NCBI RefSeq assembly: GCF_009914755.1
Contig: NC_060929.1
Strand: one strand, 5' to 3'
Length of the DNA: 64,000 nt
Origin: the human T2T-CHM13v2.0 reference genome, Homo sapiens
Positions 50,749 to 64,000 of the stretch are shown piece by piece. The position numbers and the translations under genes are program-made. The notes below the pieces were generated by a model. That model had not been told where the DNA came from, ran no database searches, and worked only from the letters and a program-made list of their open reading frames with translations. How positions within the stretch are numbered: position 1 is the first letter of the stretch; each line of letters begins with the position of its first letter.

Positions 50749-51331
50749 TGTTGACACCTGCCTGGCAGAGACCACCAGGGACTCACCTGCAGTTAAACAG
50801 TTTGTGTTTATTACTTCATGGTGAGCAAAAACTCATATTATTGGGATTCATGAGGGTCGCAGAAGGTGTAAAAAAAAAATACAGGATTTGGGCTTTTGCT
50901 TGGTGATTGGGAAGGTTTCAGAAAATAACGGTTTGCCGTGGATGGGATGCTGTCAAGAAGTGGGGTAATTCTATGATTGGGTATCTTAATGTTATCTATA
51001 GAGAAGTTGATTAGAGTAGAACTAAAGCTGTAATCAGTAAACAATACATCAGTCACTTATTATCTGGGAAAAGGTGCTGTTTGGTATTTTTTGGCTTGGA
51101 CAATATCATGTTTTGTCTTTTTTCAGACATGATTATAAATGTGTTTTTGTCTTGATATATCATGGTTACAGAATGGATTGGTGTGATATTGATGTTCTGT
51201 GAAATAGTTTTGTTCAGCAGGAGAACACTGAGGCCTCCATCTGAATGCCAGGGCTTGTTTGTATTAAGACCAAGGACTAGTGATAGTACCAGGCCAGCTC
51301 CTAGGTGTCAGAAGGGGTTTTCTCTTTCTCA
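50749..51331. mobile_element. Solo ERV LTR (family not assigned)
   Basis: About 580 bp with TG...CA termini and LTR-like motifs (acaggatttgggct; ggtaattctatgattgggtatcttaat). Confidence 0.5.
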
Positions 51332-51436
51332 GAAGTAAAGAGAGAGAGTTCTTCTGTAACTGAGAGTGATTTGAAGAAGACATTTGTGTTTTGTGATATG
51401 TAATCTAGAGCTTCATTTCACATTGGAGCAGCAGTC

Positions 51437-51757
51437 TTTTTTTTTTTTTTTTTTTTTTTTATAAGAGGCGGTGTCTTGCTCTGTTTGTTTCCCAGGCTGG
51501 AGTACAGTGGCATGATCATAGCTCACTGCATCCCGAACTCTTGGACTCAAGGGAGGCTTCCCCCTCATCCTCCTGAGTAGCTGGGACTACAGGTGTGCAC
51601 CACCATGCTCGGCTATTTTTTTTTTTTTTTTTTTTAAGAGATGGGGTTTTGCCATGTTGCCCAGGCTGGTCTTGAACTCCTTGTCCTCAAACAGTACTCC
51701 CAATACCTTGGCCTCCCAAAGTAGTGGGAATACAGGCGTGAGCCACCATGCCTGGCC
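51437..51757 (-). mobile_element. AluJ
   Basis: poly-T followed by diverged dimer, TSD-like agcag. Confidence 0.88.
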
Positions 51758-51882
51758 AGCAGAATTTTGTTACTAAAGAAGTATACGTCAAAGAAGAAGC
51801 ATTATTTATTGAAGTCGTGATAATTAGAAAAGAACAGATAGTTGACAGAGAATTAAGAAGTAAATTGTGATAAAATTCAGTC

Positions 51883-52215
<333 letters not shown>

Positions 52216-52229
52216 CTGTGTACTTTATC

Positions 52230-55140
<2,911 letters not shown>

Positions 55141-55642
55141 ACTACTAATGGGGGAGAAGCTAGTCAAATGAAAATGTTTGTTTTCCTTATTGCATTTTAG
55201 CTTCTCATGAAAAAGGACTGTGCCTTAAATATCTGTGGTATATAGCATAGTGTCTGATACTAACACATTTGCTGAATAACTTTGAAGATAGGTAATTTCA
55301 GCTTGGGATAGGTTGAGTTTGAGGCATGTGAACAAAATCTAATGGGCATTTGAAAATTCTTAGCAGCAGCTAAGGAGGGAGGTGGGAACTGGAGATACAG
55401 ATTTAGAACCTACAAATGTATGTGGTAGGAACTGAAGTCAGACTAAACACATTGCTAGCAATTTTCAAAAGTAGAAAACCAGTGTTTCAAAACTGTTTGC
55501 TTAGGGCAAAATTACTACTATGTGTCTGAAAGCCAGTAGTAATTTAGAATTTGTAATTTCACAGGCATTTGTGGAATACTTTTTATAAACCACATGCTAT
55601 GGAATAAAGTACTTTATAATATAAAAAGTATGAAGTATTCAG

Positions 55643-55939
55643 GGCCAGGCACGGTGGCTCACACCTGTAATCCCAACACTGGGAGGCTGAGGTGGGCGGA
55701 TCACGAGGTCAGGAGATCGAGACCATCCTGGGTGACATGGTGAAACCCCATATATAAAACCCCTAATATAAAAAATTAGCCGGGCGTGGTGGCGGGCGCC
55801 TATAGTCCCAGCTACTTAGGAGGCTGAGGCAGGAGAATGGTGTGAATACGGGAGGCGGAGCTTGCAGTGAGCTGAGATCGCGCCACTGCACTCCAGTCTG
55901 GGCAACAGTGTGAGACTCCATCGCTAAATAAATAAATAA
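55643..55939 (+). mobile_element. AluY
   Basis: gatcacgaggtcaggagatcgagaccatcc diagnostic, TSD tatgaagtattc. Confidence 0.92.
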
Positions 55940-57479
55940 TTATGAAGTATTCTTTTGTATTTGTGGGAGATGATCCAAGCATTAATTTCCACTAAATAAT
56001 ATTAAGCTAATAAATACATTTTTATAGGAATTAAACACAATATTTGTAATTTAAAGCTCTTGAAATTGTTCTCCATATGGTATTTTAGATCAGTAGAACA
56101 TATTATATAGTCTTAGGTCTTTTTCTCTTTAGATAGACTTTATCATGTACTAAAAATACTATAACTCCTGGAAATAATATCTTTTACTTGGCTATTTCGA
56201 AATACTGTATAGATTTTAATAACAACCAATAAAGATGAGATATTTAGCTAAATTTTAAAATGAATTTGAATGCCAGTGAGAACTGTATAGAATGTTTTCT
56301 TGCTCCACCCAAACATGGAATGTTTTACTTCTTAAAAAGTATTAAGAATTATGTACCACAACCAAATCCATTCCATGTTTTCAAGGTCGGATCATTACTT
56401 GAAAATCAGTGTCATCCACCACATCAGTAGACATATAATTAACTCAGCAATTCCAGTCTTAGGTATTTACCCAAGAGAAATGCAAACATTTCCACAGAAT
56501 GACTTTAAAAAAATACAAAAATTTTCAGTGCAACTTTTTCACAGTAATTCAAAACTCCCTCTGCTTACTCTGTAACTCCACAACTCCACATTGGCGTCTG
56601 AGCATGACATGTACCCTAGAATTCTAGCCCCACTGCCACCAGGCACTGCTACATGTTCTCCCTAGGCTCTGCAGCAGCAGACACTGCCCTTTCATTTGAA
56701 AAATATTTAGTCAGTTCAGCAAAGGGATGCTCTTGTAATATATTAGGAGCATCATTTCAATGCATCCTCAATGGAATGATCACTTAAAAACAATTGTTCG
56801 TCGAAGAACTGATAAAGATTTCACTCCTAAGGAAAAATTCAATAATGTTAAGTATTTTGTATGTAAATGAATGAGAGAAAAGAAGATGGTAGGTAAGTGA
56901 AATTCAGCAAACATTTGTTGTACAAAGGTACAATGTGCTGAATAGTAACATGTACTTAAAGTGGAGAATTGAGTCAATCTAAATAAAACCTAGCAATAAT
57001 ACAAAGAGTACACAGGTACTACAAAGTAAACAATTGTAAAAATGCCATAAAATGCATAATTGAACTCTTTGGAGAGTTAAATTTCATTGAGTTTAGAGAT
57101 CAGGATAGGCTTTCAGAAGATCCTACTGGTTTTGCTGGGAGGAAGAGCATTCTAAGTAAAAAGAATGTCTTGTAGATCAGTGTTCAGTGTTAATTTGGAG
57201 GCTTGGAATAGGATTGCCAAGTTTGTTTTACCAGTAAGAAAATTCCTGTCTCCCATCTTCAAAAGAAACATCTCCCACATTCCTATTTTATCATCTTTTT
57301 ATTAAAAATGACTTTTTTCCATTCAAAAGGGGAAGAATAAATGATACAAAGCTACTAAATTTTAAAACTTAGATTAAGTGAAAAATAAATTACCAAAATC
57401 AATGTAAGAAGTAGAAAACTGAAAAGACCAGGGAATGCAACATTAAAATGAATTAGTAGTCCGAAAAAGTGCCAGTTAA

Positions 57480-58100
57480 AAATTCTGTGTTTAGCATTTT
57501 GAACAACCACCAAACTACTTTCCATAGTGGGTATATCAGTTTGCATTCTTACCAGCAATGTGTATAGTTCCCAATTTCTTGACATCCTCACAAACACTTG
57601 TTACTTTCGCGTATTGCATTTATTTGTTAGGTCTCGTGGGTCCTTAGTCTTCCTCTCATTACTTCCTTAGTCTTCCTTTGTCGTTTTTTGACCTTGATAG
57701 TTTTGAAAGTTATTGGCCATTTATTTGACAGAATTTTACTTAATTTGGATTCGTTTGGTGCTTACTTATGATTAAATTCAGGTTGTGTGTTTTTGGCAAG
57801 TATATGTCCAAAGTGATATGATATTGTTTTTGAGTACATCTCAGATTAGTTGCCACATGATGATGTTAACTGATGATGCCAACTTTCAAGCAATTTTGAA
57901 GGTTAAGGTGGTGCTTGTCAGATTTCTCTACTGTGAAGTGAATTTTTCCTTTTTAATTGCCATGTGTCTTGTGGAAATAATCTTTTGAGTCTCTATTAAT
58001 ACCCTGTTTTTCATCATACTTTTACCCACTAGTTTTAGCATGCATTGATGAGTTTTGACTGAAACAGTTACTACTGTGTCATTTCCTATTTGGTGGTTTT
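57480..58100 (-). mobile_element. Ancient L1 (L1ME-like) fragments
   Basis: ccaaactactttccatagtggg...ttaccagcaatgtgtatagttcc and 3'UTR-like segments. Confidence 0.55.
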
Positions 58101-58333
58101 GCATCATTCATTTTTCATCACCTGACATTCTATATATGATATTGTGGTAAAGTTGTTTACTTAAAATCATGTAGTGATGAAGTTGAAAGGGTCTGAAATG
58201 GTTCTCTAATGACAATCCTGTTAATCATATCATGTTAATGGAGCAATGGATCTTACAAACACAGGCTATATAAAATTCATTTTTGGAATGTCTTAAATGT
58301 TTTTTATTAGCATTCCTTTAGTCTAGATTAGAA

Positions 58334-58556
58334 CAGTGCTTTTTAAAGTTGATCTGTGGACCAATGGTAGTCCACAAATTATTTATTACTTTATTTTGGC
58401 TGTGATAATTTCAAGGAATGAGTAAATGCTCAGAATCTTTCACTGCAGTTTGATGTTATTCCAGTTGTACAGTATTTTGTAAGTGTATTTGGTCCACAAC
58501 AGATTGGAAAATTTAAAAACCATAATCCTTTATCTCATTTGGCTGGAAAAGCACTG
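58334..58556. mobile_element. hAT-Charlie-type MITE
   Basis: Terminal inverted repeats cagtgctttt ... aaaagcactg, about 220 bp apart. Confidence 0.6.
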
Positions 58557-58912
58557 GTCTAGGATACTCCAAAGCTGAAATGTCTAATAGATCTCTTGAA
58601 TATATCTATCATAGTATTCAGAAATCACTGCATTTTAAAGCAGTTATCATATTTTTAGCATGACATTGGGTTACGTGAAGGGAAAAGGTTGAGAAAAGGG
58701 GAATATAAATATAGTTAGGAAAAACAGGATAGGTGCAGGAAAGAGAAAATGTTTCATTATCTTAGGGTGGACAGTGCTGCCTTCAGGCATATCCACTGGC
58801 ATATCTGATGTAGACTGTCTTCCTCTTCTATCTGCAGCTTTATTTTCAGCTTTGCTTATGTATATTAGGAACCAGCTCAATCAAGAGCCCAGCATTTAAA
58901 AAAACAATCCTT

Positions 58913-59215
<303 letters not shown>

Positions 59216-59554
59216 AACGGTCCTTTTTTTTTAAAGTGAGAGAAACAGAAAGAATGTTAAATGTTCTACAATTTAGGTCCTTAACATCACATGTAGAAGG
59301 CACTAATTTTCAGAAGGAAAGAAAGGTAAAAACCAATTTAAGTAATTAGCAGTTATAAAGAGGCAAATAAAAGGAGGAAAGATAAAGAAATTGTTGTGCA
59401 GGTCATTGTTTAGTTCACATTGATGTTGTCAGTTCATCTAGTTCCTTGTTAATTGGTATATTACTTTAGAATCTGGAAGGCATATATTATTGTTACTGTT
59501 ATTATTTTGTCCTTTGTAATAGATCTTTTAATTTGATCGTTGTTTGTTTTCTAG

Positions 59555-59633
59555 GAATACAGGAGTTTCCAGAAAATATAAAAAATTGTAAAGTTTTGAC
59601 AATTGTGGAGGCCAGTGTAAACCCTATTTCCAA
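59555..59633 (+). CDS. ERBIN: Erbin coding exon (LRR), 79 nt
   Basis: tgttttctAG|GAATAC... translates (G)[25 protein letters not shown](K). Donor AA|gtaagt, phases 1/2 match the neighbours. Confidence 0.97.
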
Positions 59634-60466
59634 GTAAGTTCTCAGGTGAATTATAAATTACTTTTGTGAATAAAACAATTATGAAACTAGTAGATATTAT
59701 TGTACATATTTTAACAAAAATTTTATATCAATGTTAAGTCTATACAAAATTTCAATTTTAGAGTTAAAAAGTAATCTTTTAAATAATCATTCTAACCCCA
59801 TGTACTACTGAGGTAAATTTGTGATCCCAAAGAGATAGTGAGAGTGTTTTGCTCCAAGTCTCACAGATAGTTAATGTCAGAAATGAGAGTAGAATCCACA
59901 TTTCCTCACTCTGTGTTATTTACACCCTAGAGGAGTGTCTTTGCCTTCAAATCAGGTGTGTGGTACCTTCAAACTTTTGAAAACAATGAAACCAAAAGTT
60001 TCTTCACAGTTTTAACAGAAGGCAAAACAACAGGAAACAGAAACAAAACAATAACAAAAAAAGAAAAAACTATATGATTGGTTGCAGTGTATCAGAAGAT
60101 TGTGAATGTCCATTTATGATGGTGATGACTGTAAACAAAGTTTTCCTGGCACCAAGGCTGTTAAGTTTTGGAAAAATTGAATGGTGAAGCAAAAGATGAC
60201 TAGAAAGAAGCATAGCAATCCAGAACCAACATGTAAAGATTATGTATAGCCTCTTCATTTGAAAATATTGCTCTAGTATCAAATTCTAGATCTTTACTTG
60301 TTTCATAATCAACAAAAAATAGAAGTAAAGCTAACACACGTAGGTTGTTACATGGCCCTAACGTCATTCAGCTTTAAATGTTTTTTCTTTTCATTTGCTT
60401 ATTATAAAATCGTATAATCTTAAAATTATTTAGGAGCCAAATATTGAAATTGAAAGTAATCTAAAC

Positions 60467-60692
60467 CAGTGGTTCTCAACTGGGGGCTCTCATGCCCCAG
60501 CAGACTTTTGGCAGTTTCTGGATACATTTTTGGTTTTCACAGTGGGGTATTTGTGTGCATGCATGCACACTATTGGCATCTAGTTTGTAGAGATCAGTGT
60601 TGTAGCTAAACATCCTATAGTGCACAGGGCAGCCTATGTACAACAAAGAATTATTCAGCCCAAAATTTCTCTGCCAAGGTTTAGAAATTCTT
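60467..60692 (+). mobile_element. MER20 DNA transposon
   Basis: cagtggttctcaactggggg...ttggcatctagt...aacaaagaattattcagcccaaaat. Confidence 0.8.
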
Positions 60693-61054
60693 TTCTAGTC
60701 CTTTGAATTGAGAGTAGATAAGACAGATTTCAAGAGTGCCTGCTGATTTCAGAGTTATACCCTAAATATATTTTTATGTATTGTGGCTCATTCATAGTTG
60801 ACTGTTTTGTTCATATTTTACATTATTAAAACAAATATTACCTCATTTTCTGTTTACAAAGTGATGAAGATACATTGAAACAAGTAGGTTATTATAAAAG
60901 GCAAATCTTTGAAGGGGCTCTCATAAAAGTAGCCACTCATAACAGAAGCGACTGTTTTCTGTCTGTTGGGAAAATATCTTGTGAGAGTCTTAGATTTTAA
61001 TAAAAGACTGAATTTCTTACATGAACTTAACTTAAATTCTGGTATTTTATGTAG

Positions 61055-61144
61055 GCTCCCTGATGGATTTTCTCAGCTGTTAAACCTAACCCAGTTGTAT
61101 CTGAATGATGCTTTTCTTGAGTTCTTGCCAGCAAATTTTGGCAG
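61055..61144 (+). CDS. ERBIN: Erbin coding exon (LRR), 90 nt
   Basis: ttttatgtAG|GCTCCC... translates (K)[29 protein letters not shown](R). Donor AG|gtaaat. Confidence 0.97.
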
Positions 61145-62174
61145 GTAAATTATGGTTTCTTCTAAAACGTTTTATTATTAGCTCTTATAAAGTTTACAAA
61201 ACTATAAGCTGCTTTGGTAGTACTACTCATTACAGTTTCATAGGCTCTTTTTAAATTATTCCCAAGCATTGTGACTTTTATACTTTCTTTGGTGGCTTTG
61301 ACTTAATTTTTCCAAGTAAACAATAATCAGTGAGAGTTTGAAAGAAAAAAAAAGTTTTCTTAGGTGGCCAAAACAGGGCGTTTCAATGGGGTTAATTTCT
61401 GTATGCTTGAGATACTGAATGCTATATTCTTAGCATTCTAAAATGATTTAATAATTGATTTATCTGTCTTCTCCCCTGGAATCAAAATTCTTAAGAAAAG
61501 AGAATCTGTTTCTGGGGGCGACCTCATCATCTCCCTGCCACCCTCAAGTCTCTGAGTAATTTTTTAAACAAACAGATGAATGTATAATAGATATGCAGTT
61601 ATTACTGAGTTTAAATTAACTACTAGAGAAAATGCTAGCCAACTAAATGTTAATTTTGTAGCCATCTTTTATCTAAAAATCATTGATGTACTTGTCAGAT
61701 TCCTCTTCTGTATCTGGCATTTGCATCACTTAATCTGCTCATTTTCTCTCTAGTTTTAGTGGAATGTACATCAATGAAGTGCCAGAGGATTTCTCCTCCT
61801 TCTTTTGTTTCATTATTTCTTCTCAGAGCAGCACTTTAGAGTTGCATTATTGTTCTTGAATCTACCAAGAGTTAATTTTTGTGAGCATTTTTGGTAAAAG
61901 GTATGAAATTCTGGAGGATTGATACTTTGGGATATTCACTTTGTCGCTTTGAAAATGTGTGGAAGTGCTAACCCTTTTCCTCTGACCACAATTTTGAGGA
62001 GCAAAAATAAGTCTTTTCTTCCTTTGTATTTTATGTTCTGTAATTTTTAATATATTACTTTGCAATTAGTAATTACACAATTACATTGCTTCCTTTAAAA
62101 CATTAGAATATGAAATTAATTTATTAAATTCATTGTCTTTGTCCTAAATACATGATTTTTTTTTTGTATTGCAG

Positions 62175-62231
62175 ATTAACTAAACTCCAAATATTAGAGC
62201 TTAGAGAAAACCAGTTAAAAATGTTGCCTAA
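62175..62231 (+). CDS. ERBIN: Erbin coding exon (LRR), 57 nt; gene continues beyond the window
   Basis: poly-T gtattgcAG|ATTAAC... translates (R)LTKLQILELRENQLKMLP(K). Donor AA|gtaagt. Confidence 0.96.
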
Positions 62232-62817
62232 GTAAGTAAAGGTGCTATTCTTTAAAAAACTTAATTTATAATTTTTAATGATTAAGTCTTTAAAAATGTA
62301 AATTTTTATTACCTAAAATGTGGTGCAAATTATTTGTAAATCCTGACTGTGTGGTCATCATATTTAATTAATGGTGTTAAAATATTAAAATGTATGTGTC
62401 TGTTGTTGGTGCTTAACGTGGTACTGTGTTGGTAATGATTTATAGCTGTCTGAAATGCAGTCTTGTGTGTGACATAAAAGTCAAAATAATAAATATGTAA
62501 AGCCCACCTCAATACTGAATAGAAATCAGAAATCCCAGGTTCGTCTACTAAAGTTCATACACATAGTGCTCATTAGAAAGATCCATAGGATCTTCATGTG
62601 AAGCCTGGTAACGGTAGAACTTGATTGTCTGGCTATGTAGTGTATTGTAAATTAGAAATGCGATGATTGGTTCCCTAATGATAAGCTAACAACAAGAGAT
62701 GGCAATCCAGGAGCAAAAAAAAAGATTTAATTATAAAAGAAACAGGTCTACAAACTCGAAATTCACTGTAGTCTGTGGCCTTTTATTGACCAAATATCTT
62801 AAAACACTGTGAATGCA

Positions 62818-63112
62818 TTGCTATAGTGTTACATTTTAAGGGTTGGCAAACTACAGTCTATGATTAAATCTGGCCCACTGTCAATTTTTGTAAACAAAAG
62901 TTTCGTTGGAACACAGCCACATACATTCATGTACATATTGTCTGTGGCTACTTTTGCTTTACAGTGATAAAGTAGTTGTCACTACTGTATGCATCTGTTG
63001 TTGGTGTTAGAGTGGTTATCACTGCTCTATCACTGTAGGCCCTAAAATTTTTTAGGTGTACAGGACCTAAAATATTTACTGTCTGGCCCTTTACAGAAAA
63101 AATTTGCCAACT
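62818..63112 (+). mobile_element. MER58-like DNA transposon
   Basis: gggttggcaaacta...ttggaacacagccac...aaaatatttactgtctggccctttacagaaaaaatttgccaac (family start motif near 62840). Confidence 0.7.
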
Positions 63113-63146
63113 CATGTTGAAATCGCATCATCAAGATTTGCCCACC

Positions 63147-63363
63147 CAGCCTGGGCAACAAAGCGAGACCCCCATCTCTATAGAAAATTAAAAAATTAGC
63201 CGGGCACAGCAGCATGTAACTATAGTCCCAGCTACTCTGGAGGCTGAGGAGTGAGGATCGCTTGAGTCCAAGAGTTTGCACTTGTAGTGTGCAATGATTG
63301 TACCACTGCATTCCAGCATAAGAACAGAGTGAGACCCTGGCTCAAAACAAACAAACAAGCAAA
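63147..63363 (+). mobile_element. Partial AluJ
   Basis: Begins at ccagcctgggcaac, (AAAC)n tail. Confidence 0.85.
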
Positions 63364-64000
63364 CTTCTCACCTCTTGAGAAGGAAAACATCTCCAGTTAC
63401 CCCAGGAGTTGTTCTGTTTACTCAGCTTCTATGACACATTTATATCTGTTACAGTATTTGCTGGATAATGTTAATGTATCTGTTTTTATTATATGTCACT
63501 CTCTTCTTCCCTGACCAGCATATAACCTGCATGTATGTGCATGTGTATCTTCCCCTTGGTTTCCCTTGATTATCTGTGAGGACAGAGACTGTGTCTGTTT
63601 TTTATTCCAAAAGACAGTGTTTTGAGTAATTGTTCAATGCATGGATGAATGTTTATAGTGATGATTGTGAGTATAAGTTAAAGTCAAATTATCCATATTA
63701 AAATTCAAAAAGATATGTATACATTACAGATTTGATACTCTCAGTGATAGTTCCTTAGCTAAAAATGTGACTGGTTTCTAAGATATTTGAATAACAAGAT
63801 GTAAATTGTTTACTGTGATAGCTAAGCCTATAATTACTATGTGATATCATAGGCAATTAACTGATTTTAACACCTTTTAGAGATTCAAATTAGACTCTCA
63901 GTGAATTTGCAAATATTCTTTTCTCCTTTTAAGATATGATTGTAGCCTTTTTAATACGTTTTTATTGAGGTAAAATATGTGTAAAATTTACTGTCTTTAC

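Overview
Hominoid primate (human or great ape, since SVA elements are present) genomic DNA covering the 5' part of ERBIN (ERBB2IP) on the + strand. The first ~36 kb is a long upstream intron. It is followed by a 48-nt non-coding exon (36180-36227), the ATG exon (40228-40425) and four more coding exons (42265-42382, 59555-59633, 61055-61144, 62175-62231). These splice in frame to give the N-terminal leucine-rich repeats ([22 protein letters not shown]...ENQLKMLP). The promoter/first exon and the rest of the gene lie outside the window. The introns hold about 35 Alu-family pieces, two antisense SVAs with target-site duplications (TSDs), several L1, L2, LTR and DNA-transposon fossils, and a processed TCL1B pseudogene. 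Nearly all ORFs in the supplied track are repeat-derived noise. I found no evidence of a new multi-gene system. The most interesting observations are: a junction-spanning uORF that stops 2 nt before the ERBIN AUG; a 364-nt three-exon circle that would encode a truncated LRR peptide with a unique C-terminus; an SVA whose hexamer head is fused directly into the Alu-like domain; an AluY flanked by an 85-bp duplication; and several short local duplications. Repeat subfamily names come from recognition of consensus motifs, not from a RepeatMasker run, and boundaries of old repeats are approximate.
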